From Acidimicrobiia bacterium (GTDB taxonomy: Bacteria; Actinomycetota; Acidimicrobiia; Acidimicrobiales; JANYDT01), in NCBI GenBank assembly GCA_031385545.1, contig JANNBN010000063.1:39252-103251 (forward strand): 64,000 nt of DNA, in the 5' to 3' direction. A program made the position numbers and the translations under genes. Under the pieces are notes generated by a model that saw only the letters and a program-made list of their open reading frames with translations, was not told the origin of the DNA and ran no database searches. The first letter of the stretch is position 1, and each line of letters opens with the position of its first letter. Shown in pieces: positions 38,369 to 48,138 of the stretch.

Positions 38369-38955
38369 GCGCGCTTCCTCCAGCGGTCGACGGCGGCCAG
38401 CGCGATGAGGCTGAACCCGTCAGTGATGTGTCCCGAATCCGCCATTGCGAGCGCCTCGTCGAATGACACTTCGCGCAGCTGCAGATCCTCGGTGCCCTCG
38501 GGGGCGGCTTCACCGAACGAGAGCCCAGTTGCAACGAACACGAAGGCCTCTTCGTCGGTCACCGAGTTCGAGAGGTGGCAGCGCGCAATCTGCTGTACCT
38601 GGCTGGCGCTGATACCGGTTTCCTCGACAAGTTCGCGGCGTGCGCCTTCCAGGAGATCCTCGCCGTGCGGCACCCCGCCTTCCGGAACCTCCCAGGAATA
38701 CGAACCGGTGGTGTAGCGGAATTGGCCCACCAGCCAGGTGCGCCCGTCCTCGGTGAGGGGGACGACGGCCGCGGCGCGATTACGGAAGTGCACGACGCCG
38801 TAGATGCCGGGCTGACCATCGGGCCGGATCACTTCGCGATGGTCGACACGAATCCACCCGTTCTCGTACGCAACCGTGGACGACACGGTGAGCCACGGGT
38901 TGTCCTGCGAAACGGCGTCGGAACCTTGGGCACCCGCCATGGCTGCATTCGTCAT
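38365..38955 (-). CDS. NUDIX hydrolase (ADP-ribose pyrophosphatase-like)
   Basis: Nudix box GGVPHGEDLLEGARRELVEETG. There is a 4-bp overlap with the downstream hydrolase gene. Confidence 0.88.
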   Translation of the reverse strand: MTNAAMAGAQGSDAVSQDNPWLTVSSTVAYENGWIRVDHREVIRPDGQPGIYGVVHFRNRAAAVVPLTEDGRTWLVGQFRYTTGSYSWEVPEGGVPHGEDLLEGARRELVEETGISASQVQQIARCHLSNSVTDEEAFVFVATGLSFGEAAPEGTEDLQLREVSFDEALAMADSGHITDGFSLIALAAVDRWRKRA

Positions 38956-39281
38956 CTCGACCAGTCTGACCGCCAGCGAGGAACAACCGGACCATCACGG
39001 ACCGGAACAGGGCGATCACGGGACGGAACACCAAACAGCTTGGTGCCGGTTGGCATGCGTACGGGCATATTTCCACCGCAGGCCGCCAACGCCGAACCTG
39101 GATTCACAGTGCAGCATCGTCTGCTGACAATCTCGGCCGACACGACCTGCGCGCGCAGTTGCTGGGCACTGAGCGGAGCGAACGCCGGCATTCGTCGGGC
39201 CGAGGTCACCAGGGAGAACCCCGCCTATCACCCTTTGCAGGGTGGAGGCTGGCTCAGGGGTGATCGGACCCGTTGCCGGGA

Positions 39282-40226
39282 TCAGCTGAGGATGGCGCGG
39301 GCGATGAGGTCGGTGCAGAACGCCATGAGAATTGCTAGGTACAGAAACCCCGTCGCGGCCATGACGGCGGAGTAGTAGCGCTCTCGCAATGCGATCCGGG
39401 TGACGAACCCCAGGATGCCGGTCGTCAGCGCGCATGCGATCCAGAACCAGGTCAGGGTCCCGCCCCACCCATCGGACACCGTCCCTGTCAGTGCTTGGTA
39501 CATGCCGGTCGGTACCAGCAGCAGCAGCACTTCGAGAGGCCACAACCGCAGCACCCAGTCGTTCAATTCGTGGATGGGACCGCGAGACAGACCCGGCTGA
39601 ACGAGATACCAATGGCCGAGCAGCATCGCGTCGCTCACCGCACCGAGAAACAACGCACCCACCACAAACCGCGCAAGTGCAAGCCAAACCGGCGCGTCGA
39701 CAGCCGCGTCGACAGCCGCGCCTATCACCCCGACCAGTCCAATGACCGGAGCGATGAGGTCCAGCAGCGGCGGGAACTCAGTCCCGTTCGAGTAGTCGGA
39801 CACGTCGTCGGCGGCGACGCGGCCGAACTGATCACGCATCTGCATCGCGGCCGTCTCAGGTACAGCGTCATCTGATCCGACCTCATCTGATCTCGATGCC
39901 GCAGCTGAGGTCATCGCAGCCACCCGCTCATGCCGGCGGTGTTGCGCCAGCCGTTGTTCGCGCACACCTGCCCCCTTGCGCATGACACTCACGGCGAGCG
40001 TCGCTATGGCAGCGACCACCAGGAGGGCGGCGGGAACATCACGTGCGGGAAGCCAGGTTCCCTGCGACGCGATGACCAGGCCGATGACCGCTATCACAGC
40101 GAACACGCAGCGCATCAGCCACCCGTAGCCCAGGCCCACCAATCGCCCGCGTGTGGTGACCCACAGAAACGCTAGGCCACCCGTAGCCCACTGAAGCATG
40201 ACCGTGGACGCATCAAGACGGATCAC
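39282..40226 (-). CDS. Hypothetical polytopic membrane protein (314 aa)
   Basis: About 7-8 hydrophobic helices with an acidic/charged central loop. I do not recognise a family. Confidence 0.65.
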   Translation of the reverse strand: MIRLDASTVMLQWATGGLAFLWVTTRGRLVGLGYGWLMRCVFAVIAVIGLVIASQGTWLPARDVPAALLVVAAIATLAVSVMRKGAGVREQRLAQHRRHERVAAMTSAAASRSDEVGSDDAVPETAAMQMRDQFGRVAADDVSDYSNGTEFPPLLDLIAPVIGLVGVIGAAVDAAVDAPVWLALARFVVGALFLGAVSDAMLLGHWYLVQPGLSRGPIHELNDWVLRLWPLEVLLLLVPTGMYQALTGTVSDGWGGTLTWFWIACALTTGILGFVTRIALRERYYSAVMAATGFLYLAILMAFCTDLIARAILS

Positions 40227-40333
40227 GACGCCAAGTTAGTGGGTCAGTTCTGACCCTCCGGTGCCGCTGCCGACCGAGGGTCACTTCGGCCCGCTCACGT
40301 GAGGTGCGGCGTCGCGCAGCGTGGTCTGCGGCG

Positions 40334-42625
40334 TCACTTCTTCTTGATCGGGGTCGTGACCTGATTTGCAGCTGTGCGAGCACGCTGCTTCGTGGTCGAG
40401 GTGACCTTTGCCCTTGCCCGTGTCCGAGCCTTCGTGGTCGCTCTCGGCTTCAGCGCCAACTGTTTCGGCAACGTCGTGATCGGACGGGAATTGCTCGCCG
40501 TGGTCGCGGTGGCCATCGTCGATGGCGTCGATTGCGTCGTTTGACCGGAAGCGGGTTGGGTGGTTGTCGTCTCGGTCTCGACCGGCTTGTCGAATCCGAC
40601 GGTCGGTGGCACAGGTTCGGACGTGACCGCCGGTGCCGGCGGAAGCCGGACGATGGTGACTGGGTCCGGATCCGACGGTGTCTTCGGCCCGGGACCTGGG
40701 TTCACGACGACCGGAGGTGGGAAGGACGGAACGGTCGTTGTGGTGCGTGCAAGGGTCGTCGACGTCGTGCTTGAAGTCGTCGACGACGACAGCGTCGTGG
40801 AGGCTGCCGCAGTCGTACCCGGCTGGGTTGTTGCGACCGTTGTCGCAGCCGAGGTGGTCGGTGGCGTGAGCGTGGTCGATACTGCCGTCGTCGGCGGTTG
40901 CGTGGTCGCAACCGTCGTTGCGCCGGTCGTTGGAGCCATCGTCGAACTGGCTGTCGTCGGCGCAGTTGTCGACACAGTTGTCGGGGTCGTGGACGGCGCG
41001 ACGGTGGTAGCGGACGTGGTGACAACCGTCGTGGGTGGTTCTGTCGTCGGCACAACGGTGGTGGCCGAGGTGGTCGTTGGCTCTGTCGTTGGCGAAACCG
41101 TGGAAGCAACCGTGGAAGCAACCGTGCTGGTTGAAGTAGACGTGGATGTCGAAGTGGATGTCGACGAAGTCGATGTGGACGAAGTCGATGTGGACGTTGT
41201 GGTCGTGCTGACAGCGGCCGCATCAGCAGCCGAGAGCAGCAGGCGCTGATGCGAAGCCCCGATGATGGCCGAATCGTCGGCGCCGAGGAAACGGGACAAA
41301 AGCGTCGCCTGGACGGACCGGAAGTCGATGTTCATCCGAAGGTTGGCGTTGGAGTCGAGGTCGAGCAGCGACGGCTGCTCGCCGAAGATGCCGCCGTTGA
41401 CACCGTCACCCATCACCATGGCCACACCAGATGTTCCGTGGTCGGTGCCGTACGAACCGTTCTCTTCGACGCGTCGGCCGAACTCGGAATACACCAGCAC
41501 CGTTGTGTTCGCCCGAGCTGCTGGGGTGAGCGTGGTGAACAGCAGATTCAGCGCGATGTCCAAGTCTGACAACAGCTTGCCGTGCCAGCCGAACGGGTTG
41601 CCGTTCTGGCCGCGGATCGCCTGCTCGTTGTGGTTGTCGAACCCGCCGTGCGACGTCGTAATGACCCGCGTCCCGATACCTGCATTGAGCAGCCGCGCCG
41701 CCATGATCATCTGACGTCCGACGTAGGACGTGCCGCTCGGGATGTTCTTCAACGCCGGACCGACAATCCCACCAGCGGAGAGTGCGCTTCCCAGCACAGT
41801 GCCGAGGCTGTTGGCATACGAACCCAGCCCGGTCGGCCCGGTCAGTCCCCTGAACGCGTCCTGCGCCAGCAACTCCATCGCATCCGTCGTCGGCGCCCCC
41901 GTCAGGTCGCTGTCCCATGGACGCAAACGAATCGGGTTCGCGCCGACACCGACCGGTGTCCGGTCGTCGGCCCGGAACGAGATCGCACCGAACGGCCCGG
42001 TGCCGACGGTATCCAGCCAGCGACCCAGCCATCCGGTCTGGATCGGGAGAATGGCCGACCCCGGAGCGCCCCAACCGCTCTCCCAGTGATCCTGCGAGTT
42101 GAAATGCGACAGGTCCGGTGCGTTGTATCCGACGCCGGTGATGAGCGCGACTTTGCCTTGCAGGTACTTCGCCTGCGTCGTGACCAGGGACGGGTGCAGC
42201 CCGAGCGGAACATCGGTCCCGAGCGACAGCACCTCGTTCGGCATCAGCTTGATGCTCGGGCGCAGCCGGTGATACTCGGCATCGCCGAACGGAACCAAGG
42301 TGTTGAGACCGTCGTTGCCACCACCCAGGAAGATCGTGACGATGTTTCCGGCACCGGCTGCACCACCCGGAACGGGAGGGCGTGACGTGGTCGGGCCTGC
42401 GGCACCGAATGCTCTGCGCATCGGGCCCAGTTGCGAGGCAACCAGCTGCCCTGCGCCGATGGCCGCTGCCAGGGCAACGAACCCACGCCGGCTGAGGGTG
42501 CCTTCGGCGGCGTGTCGCACCATACCCAGCAACTGGTCGCGGTCACGGTCGTTCGGCACGCCTGCTTCGGACAGGTTGCGCAAGGCGGTGTAGTCGGTGT
42601 AGCCGGTGTCGTCGTTATACGTCAT
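40334..42625 (-). CDS. DUF1501-family (sulfatase-fold) protein with Tat-like signal and 292-aa Thr/Ser/Pro-rich plus basic C-terminal tail
   Basis: Tat-like SRRGFVALAAAIGAG; GGGNDGLNTLVP and HGGFDNH/TDHG blocks typical of DUF1501 (~470 aa). This is followed by a low-complexity tail ending KARTRARAKVTSTTKQRARTAANQVTTPIKKK. Confidence 0.85.
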   Translation of the reverse strand: MTYNDDTGYTDYTALRNLSEAGVPNDRDRDQLLGMVRHAAEGTLSRRGFVALAAAIGAGQLVASQLGPMRRAFGAAGPTTSRPPVPGGAAGAGNIVTIFLGGGNDGLNTLVPFGDAEYHRLRPSIKLMPNEVLSLGTDVPLGLHPSLVTTQAKYLQGKVALITGVGYNAPDLSHFNSQDHWESGWGAPGSAILPIQTGWLGRWLDTVGTGPFGAISFRADDRTPVGVGANPIRLRPWDSDLTGAPTTDAMELLAQDAFRGLTGPTGLGSYANSLGTVLGSALSAGGIVGPALKNIPSGTSYVGRQMIMAARLLNAGIGTRVITTSHGGFDNHNEQAIRGQNGNPFGWHGKLLSDLDIALNLLFTTLTPAARANTTVLVYSEFGRRVEENGSYGTDHGTSGVAMVMGDGVNGGIFGEQPSLLDLDSNANLRMNIDFRSVQATLLSRFLGADDSAIIGASHQRLLLSAADAAAVSTTTTSTSTSSTSTSSTSTSTSTSTSTSTVASTVASTVSPTTEPTTTSATTVVPTTEPPTTVVTTSATTVAPSTTPTTVSTTAPTTASSTMAPTTGATTVATTQPPTTAVSTTLTPPTTSAATTVATTQPGTTAAASTTLSSSTTSSTTSTTLARTTTTVPSFPPPVVVNPGPGPKTPSDPDPVTIVRLPPAPAVTSEPVPPTVGFDKPVETETTTTQPASGQTTQSTPSTMATATTASNSRPITTLPKQLALKPRATTKARTRARAKVTSTTKQRARTAANQVTTPIKKK
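40733..41212 (-). repeat. Low-complexity coding region (Thr/Ser/Pro/Val/Ala, about 160 codons) within the DUF1501 tail
   Basis: Translated sequence STSTSSTSTS...TVASTVASTV...PTTEPTTTSATTVVPTTEPPTT... The DNA shows degenerate 3/6/12-bp periodicity. Confidence 0.85.
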
Positions 42626-42648
42626 TGAACGGTCTCCTGTGTGGAGGC

Positions 42649-43959
42649 TCAGGCGAGCCGTGCTTCAGTGGTCATGGACATGAGGCGTGCCAAGGTTCGA
42701 CCCTGTCCCCATCCGTTCTGCGAGCGCAGCGTGGTCAGCCACGTTTCCAATGCCTGGCGGCTTGTCGCCGAAAGGGTGAGGCCGAAAAGGTTTGCAACTG
42801 CGGTGACCGCAGCGCTGGGGGTCATCGTCGGCACTTGCGACAGCACTGCCCGAGATACCGGATTCAGCGACGTGTCGTCGACCGCACGATAGGAACCCCA
42901 TCTCGCGATCCCGTCCAGGGCCCAGGTGACCGTCTCGTTGATCCAGACGTTGTTCACTTTCCAGCCTGCGACATTGGGCGGGTTGAAGAACTCGTGCCCG
43001 GCCGTTGCAGTTTCGTATCCCAGGCTGATGTCGTCTGCCATGAGCCCGAGGCTTCCGATGAGAGCTGCACTCCACTCGATGGGGCTCTTGACCCGGCCCT
43101 GCATGGCCTGAGCGGAGTAGAACTCGGGCCGCTTGAACATCTTTCGAAGGAAGTTCTGCGTGTGCAGTCCTTCAGTTTCCATGTCGTCGGCCAGCGAGGA
43201 CACCAGCGACGAATCGGGATTCTCGTATGCGAAGAACGACCACAGTTTCGCCGCCAGAAACTCTGCGCACATACGACGTCGCACACCGGAGCAGATTGCC
43301 GTGATCACCTGCGGACCGGTCCACGCCTGGGTTACTCCGAAGATCGTCTTGTTGCCCGGGTCATGGCTGGCGCTGTTGTACGCGTAGTGAGCGCCGTTGT
43401 CGTCCCAGGTCAGCCCATAGCCTGTCCATGCACGTGCCGCTTCGACCACATCGGTCTGTGTGTATCCGCGGTTCACACCGAGCGTGAAGAGCTCGAGCAG
43501 TTCGCGTGCGAAGTTCTCGTTCGGCGACCACCGATTGTTGGAGTAGTTGTCGAGGTACAACAGCATCGCCGGATCGATCGCGATTGACTGTGCCAGCGTG
43601 TCGAATGGCCCTGCTGCAAGCTGCGAGATCGTCTGGTACTGATCAATCATCAGCTTGAACGAGCCGACTTTGCCCAACGCCGTTGCGAAGTGCCCGTGCC
43701 AGAACAGCACCAACTTCGCGTGCAGTGGATTGGGTTGGTTCGCCAACCGGTCGAACCAGTCGTTGCGCACGGAATTGCCCCACGCCCATTCATCGCCGCC
43801 CATCGCCGGAACGGACAGCGGCGGGTTGACAGAGAAGTCACACACCATGTCCACCGCCTGCGGCAGTTCGAACGCCAGCAGCTCTGCAAGACGGTCTTGG
43901 CGGACGCGAACGCCGGTGCGACGCAGTAGGTGGGAAATCTGTTCCGGTGTTGCTGGCAT
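42649..43959 (-). CDS. DUF1800-family protein
   Basis: LVLFWHGHFAT and DPAMLLYLDNYSN blocks. It lies immediately upstream (23 bp) of a DUF1501 gene, which is the well-known conserved pair. Confidence 0.85.
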   Translation of the reverse strand: MPATPEQISHLLRRTGVRVRQDRLAELLAFELPQAVDMVCDFSVNPPLSVPAMGGDEWAWGNSVRNDWFDRLANQPNPLHAKLVLFWHGHFATALGKVGSFKLMIDQYQTISQLAAGPFDTLAQSIAIDPAMLLYLDNYSNNRWSPNENFARELLELFTLGVNRGYTQTDVVEAARAWTGYGLTWDDNGAHYAYNSASHDPGNKTIFGVTQAWTGPQVITAICSGVRRRMCAEFLAAKLWSFFAYENPDSSLVSSLADDMETEGLHTQNFLRKMFKRPEFYSAQAMQGRVKSPIEWSAALIGSLGLMADDISLGYETATAGHEFFNPPNVAGWKVNNVWINETVTWALDGIARWGSYRAVDDTSLNPVSRAVLSQVPTMTPSAAVTAVANLFGLTLSATSRQALETWLTTLRSQNGWGQGRTLARLMSMTTEARLA

Positions 43960-44096
43960 CGAGTGGCCTCCAGGTTCCGGGGAAAGGACCTGTCCACCGT
44001 GGGGGATGCTCAGCGTCTCGGGACCCTCATCGGGGGCGGAGATCCGATGAAGGGTGACTCAACAACCGAACCTGCGCGCAACGTTGCGCGTGGCGT

Positions 44097-44744
44097 TCAA
44101 TGTGACGTGCCGTATGCGTGCAGATACTCACGCAGCGCGTCGGCCGTGGCCGCAGATTCGGCATCGGCGGAGTCCAGAAAGCGCAACACGTCCGCAACCC
44201 CCACGATGCTGATGACGGGCACGCCCACGCTTGCCTCGAAGGCCTGTACCGCTGACGGAGCGGTCGGGTCATCGGAGACCCGCTCTGCCCGGTCGAGCGC
44301 GATCAGCACGGCAACCGGCCGAGCGCCGGCCGCCCGAATCATCGCAACCGATTCACGCTTGGCTGCCCCGTCCGTGATGACATCGTCGACGATGACAACA
44401 TCGCCGGCCAGCGGAGCCCCCACCAGCAAGCCGCCCTCGCCATGGTCCTTGGCTTCCTTCCGATTGAACACGTACGGAACGTCTCGTCCCCGGTGGGCCA
44501 GGCCGATGGCGGTCGCCGCGGCAAGTGTGATGCCTTTGTACGCAGGGCCGAACAGCATGTCGAACTGCACCCCAGAGGCAAGGAGCGCATCGGCATAGGC
44601 TTGCCCGAGACGCTCCAACGAGGCTCCGGTGTCGAATCCGCCGGAATTGAAGAAGTAAGGGGACTGACGTCCAGACTTGGTGGTGAACATGCCGAAGCGC
44701 AGCACCCCGCTGGCGGCAGCGAACGCCACGAACTCGTCTCGCAT
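44097..44744 (-). CDS. pyrE: Orotate phosphoribosyltransferase
   Basis: [17 protein letters not shown] and the PRPP-binding loop [14 protein letters not shown]. The start is set at MRDEFVAF (44744). Confidence 0.9.
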   Translation of the reverse strand: MRDEFVAFAAASGVLRFGMFTTKSGRQSPYFFNSGGFDTGASLERLGQAYADALLASGVQFDMLFGPAYKGITLAAATAIGLAHRGRDVPYVFNRKEAKDHGEGGLLVGAPLAGDVVIVDDVITDGAAKRESVAMIRAAGARPVAVLIALDRAERVSDDPTAPSAVQAFEASVGVPVISIVGVADVLRFLDSADAESAATADALREYLHAYGTSH

Positions 44745-44911
44745 GCCACGCGTTTCAGCTTCGGATCGGAAGGCCAGTTCTGGATGTCGTTCGTTGTCAG
44801 CGGTCACGCGCTGCAGGCTATCGGGAGGCACTCGGACGGTGAACCCGCCCTCATCGCCGTTCCATCTCCTTTGATGAGCGCGCCACCTGGCAACCTGCCG
44901 ACGTAACGCTC

Positions 44912-45439
44912 ATGCCTCTTTTGGCCATTCTCGTCATCAGCGGCGCCGGCTGCTTCATCGTGTGGGCGTTCACCGCGTTGCGTCATGCCCGCGACGAAGT
45001 GCGCTCGACATGGACCTCGGTCGAAGCGGCGTTGGGGGAACGAGCAGCGCTCATGACCCGCCTCATCGAGGCTGTCTCGCCACGTCTTCGCGAAGACGTG
45101 TCCTCGCAGCTGACCACGGCGCACCAGCGCATGAGTTCGGTCGTCGGTCCACGCAGCACCGAAGCAGCAGATGTCACGCTGCGGTCGCTCCTGGAACCGG
45201 TGATGGCGACCATGCCGTCCGGGATCGGGCTTGACGATCTCAAGGCCGAACTGAATCGCATCAACAAGGTCATTGACCTTGCGGCTGCTGATTACAACGA
45301 GAAGGTCGACGCGTACGAGACCGTGCGCAACAGCTCGCAGCGGAAGATGTTCGCGGAAATGCTCGGCTTCGAGAAGGAAAGCCGGTTCGGGCGCTTGCTG
45401 AGGGCCGACCTTGCGCCGGCCGATCCGCTGCTCGTCTGA
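44912..45439 (+). CDS. lemA: LemA-family protein
   Basis: N-terminal TM helix, then a helical domain with a LemA-like pattern (...AADYNEKVDAYETVRNS...FGFEKE). Recognition is moderate. Confidence 0.72.
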   Translation: MPLLAILVISGAGCFIVWAFTALRHARDEVRSTWTSVEAALGERAALMTRLIEAVSPRLREDVSSQLTTAHQRMSSVVGPRSTEAADVTLRSLLEPVMATMPSGIGLDDLKAELNRINKVIDLAAADYNEKVDAYETVRNSSQRKMFAEMLGFEKESRFGRLLRADLAPADPLLV

Positions 45440-45480
45440 CCAAGCTCCTTGCCGAGCCCGTCGGTGCGAGCTCGGTCGCA

Positions 45481-46710
45481 TCAAGGCCTACGGATCTCGC
45501 GCTGACGGATCTCGCGCTGACGGATCGGCTGCAACCGGCGGAGTCCAAGGACCCCGAGACCGGCGATCAGTGCCCAGAACGGTGCGCCGATCCCAGCCAT
45601 GCTGAGGCCGGACACAGTGATCAGAAACACGATGACCGCAGCCTCGCGCTGATCGGGATCTGCGACTGCGCCGACCACGCCGCCCGTGATGGTGGGGATC
45701 AGCGCGAACGCAGCGACGCCGATCACCAGCGCCTTCGGAAAGAGACCGATGAGGCCTGCGACAGACCCTCCGAGCAGGCCGACCAGCACGTACAGCCCAC
45801 CCGTGGCTACCGCTGCCGGATACCGCTTGTCACGATCAGGGTGGATGTCGGGCCCCATCACCAACGCAGCCGTGATCGCAGCAAGGTTGATCGCGAACAG
45901 TCCGAACGGCGCACCAAGCACGGTGGCAGCTCCGCTGAGGGTGATGGCAGGCGACACGGGCACGTCGTAGCCATGTGACCGCAGCACTGCTGTGCCGGGC
46001 ATGTTCTGCGCGGCCATGGTGACGACGTACAACGGAACGCCGATGCCGATCAGCGCCCCGACCGAAGCGGTCGGCCGGACGAAGCTGAGATGCACGAGCC
46101 CGACCGGCACGTGCCCACCGCCGATCCTGCCCTGCAACGCTGCGACCACGACACCGGTGACGAGCACCGCAATTGCGGCGAAGGTCGGAACCAGCCGACG
46201 GGCAACCACGTACGTGGCGAACATCGCAAGGACCATCACCTGCGACTCGTGAGGCGTCACTGCGCCGAACGCTTCGATCGCGAAGCGGGTGAGCACTCCG
46301 GCCAGCAACGCTGAAGCCAGCGGCAGCGGGATGCGCTTGACGAATCGGTCGAACACGCCGGTCAGCCCCGTCAGGAACAGCAGCACCCCGCACAGTACGA
46401 AGGCGCCGGTCGAATCGCTCAGTCGGCCGCCAGCCGGCATCGCAGCTAGCAACGTGGCCCCCGGGACTGACCACACCAGCATGATCGGGGTTCGGTAGCG
46501 CACCGACAACCACATGGAACACAGCCCCATTGAGATGCACAATGCGGCAATCCAGGAACCGATCTGGGAGTTGGAGGCACCGGAGCGTTGTGCTGCGGTG
46601 AAGACGATCGCTATCGAACTTGCGAACCCCACGAGGACGGCAACGACTGCGGTGACGGTCAGCTTTGCTGCAAAGCGAAGCCCGCCCGTTGAATGCGACC
46701 TGGCAACCAT
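45481..46710 (-). CDS. benE: BenE-family benzoate/H+ symporter-like transporter
   Basis: About 12 TM helices. The N-terminal block GFASSIAIVFTAAQRSGASNSQIGSWIAALC is typical of BenE. The start is set at MVARSHS (46710) to avoid overlap with the upstream NUDIX gene; the ORF-track start is 46788. Confidence 0.82.
   Translation of the reverse strand: MVARSHSTGGLRFAAKLTVTAVVAVLVGFASSIAIVFTAAQRSGASNSQIGSWIAALCISMGLCSMWLSVRYRTPIMLVWSVPGATLLAAMPAGGRLSDSTGAFVLCGVLLFLTGLTGVFDRFVKRIPLPLASALLAGVLTRFAIEAFGAVTPHESQVMVLAMFATYVVARRLVPTFAAIAVLVTGVVVAALQGRIGGGHVPVGLVHLSFVRPTASVGALIGIGVPLYVVTMAAQNMPGTAVLRSHGYDVPVSPAITLSGAATVLGAPFGLFAINLAAITAALVMGPDIHPDRDKRYPAAVATGGLYVLVGLLGGSVAGLIGLFPKALVIGVAAFALIPTITGGVVGAVADPDQREAAVIVFLITVSGLSMAGIGAPFWALIAGLGVLGLRRLQPIRQREIRQREIRRP
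45491..45527. repeat. 15-bp tandem repeat (CGGATCTCGCGCTGA x2 plus a 7-nt partial unit) at the 3' end of benE
   Basis: Read directly. On the minus strand it encodes the C-terminal IRQREIRQREIRRP. Confidence 0.9.
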
Positions 46711-46745
46711 TGCAGGTGTTGCCGACGGGCCAGGCTCAGGCGCGC

Positions 46746-47345
46746 TCAACGCTGCCCGACCAATGCGGTCAGGTTCTCCGTCAGCCAACGCTGCGAGGAA
46801 GAGATGGCACCCGCAAGGCTCTCGCGCTGCAGCAGCGGATCATTCCAACCGAACCACCCGACCTGCTGACTCTCCCCCGGCGGAGGTGCCGGATCTTCGT
46901 CAGGGCCGATCAGCAGGTAGCGAAGATCGAGGTGAATGTGACCCTTGGGAGCATCGTGCACGTCGACATGTATCAAGACCGGTGTGGGACGCACACCCAA
47001 ATGAGCAACGGAACCTGCAGGGTGCACCGCGACAAGGCCCGTCTCCTCGAACGTCTCGCGAACAGCCCCGTCCCAGGGTGACTCGCCGTCGTCGACATGT
47101 CCGCCGGGTTGAATCCAGATCTGTGCCCGCTTGTGGAGATGCAACAGCACTCCACGGGGACCGACGACGATGGCAGAGCCGGTGACATGGACGAAGGACC
47201 CGCCCTCGTCGAAGGGCCGGTCCAATGCATCGAAGCTTCCGATGAAACGGCCGATCGACACCGTCTCGCGCTGATCGACGGCGTGTGCCAGCCGGTCCAA
47301 CACGGCCGCACGAACGACGCCACGGAGCTGTGCATCAAAAGCCAT
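46746..47345 (-). CDS. NUDIX hydrolase (MutT-like)
   Basis: Nudix box GGHVDDGESPWDGAVRETFEETG. The start is set at MAFDAQL (47345). Confidence 0.8.
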   Translation of the reverse strand: MAFDAQLRGVVRAAVLDRLAHAVDQRETVSIGRFIGSFDALDRPFDEGGSFVHVTGSAIVVGPRGVLLHLHKRAQIWIQPGGHVDDGESPWDGAVRETFEETGLVAVHPAGSVAHLGVRPTPVLIHVDVHDAPKGHIHLDLRYLLIGPDEDPAPPPGESQQVGWFGWNDPLLQRESLAGAISSSQRWLTENLTALVGQR

Positions 47346-47391
47346 CGGAGCATGCTCGCACGCGCACGGGGCAGGGCAGACTAACGGTGCA

Positions 47392-48138
47392 ATGGGAACC
47401 AGGACACATCTCGCAGGCGCGTACCGCAGCACCGTCGGCAACTCCGTCGACAACGCCGCAGACGTCACCGTCGAAACGTTCAGTTACGCAGCAGGTGACA
47501 TCCTGTTGCGCCAGGACGGATGGACGCTCAGTTCGATGCACGAGTCCGACGGTCACGCCGCAGCGTTGAGGGCGACCGGCCGCTGGGAACACCCCGTCCA
47601 TCGCGGCAACTGGCATCGCATCGTCACCGAATGGGCGGAAATCGCTCGCACCACACCTGATGGCGTCAGCCACCGCGTGACCTTCCAGTTGCAGGTTGCC
47701 GAATTGGCGGTCAGCTTCGGCGGACGCTCCTCACGCCATCAGGTCCCAGAAGGCAGCCTGTTGGTTCCCGACCTGCACGCGTGCTTCGGCCCGATGATCG
47801 AAACGATCAGCCGCTCCGCCCTGACGGCGCCGCCTGCCGCGGTGTGCGTGCTGGTGATTCCCCGCCTCTGTGACGCTGCTGCTGACCCGCAGAACTTCAG
47901 CACGTGCTGGCTGACGTCCCAGCGCGTGGGCCGGGCCGTGCTCGAAACCCCGGACGGACCGGTGAGGGCCGATGAATACTCCGTTGACCTCGAACCCGGC
48001 CGGCCAGCAACAGTCGAGCACCCTCCAGGATGGACAGGCGCGACGCGCTTCTACGTTGGCGGTGACGGGTTACTTGCCGGCTACACCGACGGCGATGACA
48101 TGGTGTGGCGAGCTGCATCAGCACCTTCACGTGCGTGA
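47392..48138 (+). CDS. Hypothetical protein (248 aa)
   Basis: An open frame with coding-like composition and no competing annotated gene over most of its length. I do not recognise any motif. The 3' end overlaps the convergent lipA stop region by about 58 nt. Confidence 0.45.
   Translation: MGTRTHLAGAYRSTVGNSVDNAADVTVETFSYAAGDILLRQDGWTLSSMHESDGHAAALRATGRWEHPVHRGNWHRIVTEWAEIARTTPDGVSHRVTFQLQVAELAVSFGGRSSRHQVPEGSLLVPDLHACFGPMIETISRSALTAPPAAVCVLVIPRLCDAAADPQNFSTCWLTSQRVGRAVLETPDGPVRADEYSVDLEPGRPATVEHPPGWTGATRFYVGGDGLLAGYTDGDDMVWRAASAPSRA

Noticed and set aside
40560-41249. A 229-aa Val/Gly/Thr-rich ORF on the plus strand.
   Set aside because: It is the antisense reading of the Thr/Ser-rich tail of the DUF1501 gene. 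Its periodic composition follows from the complementary low-complexity codons.
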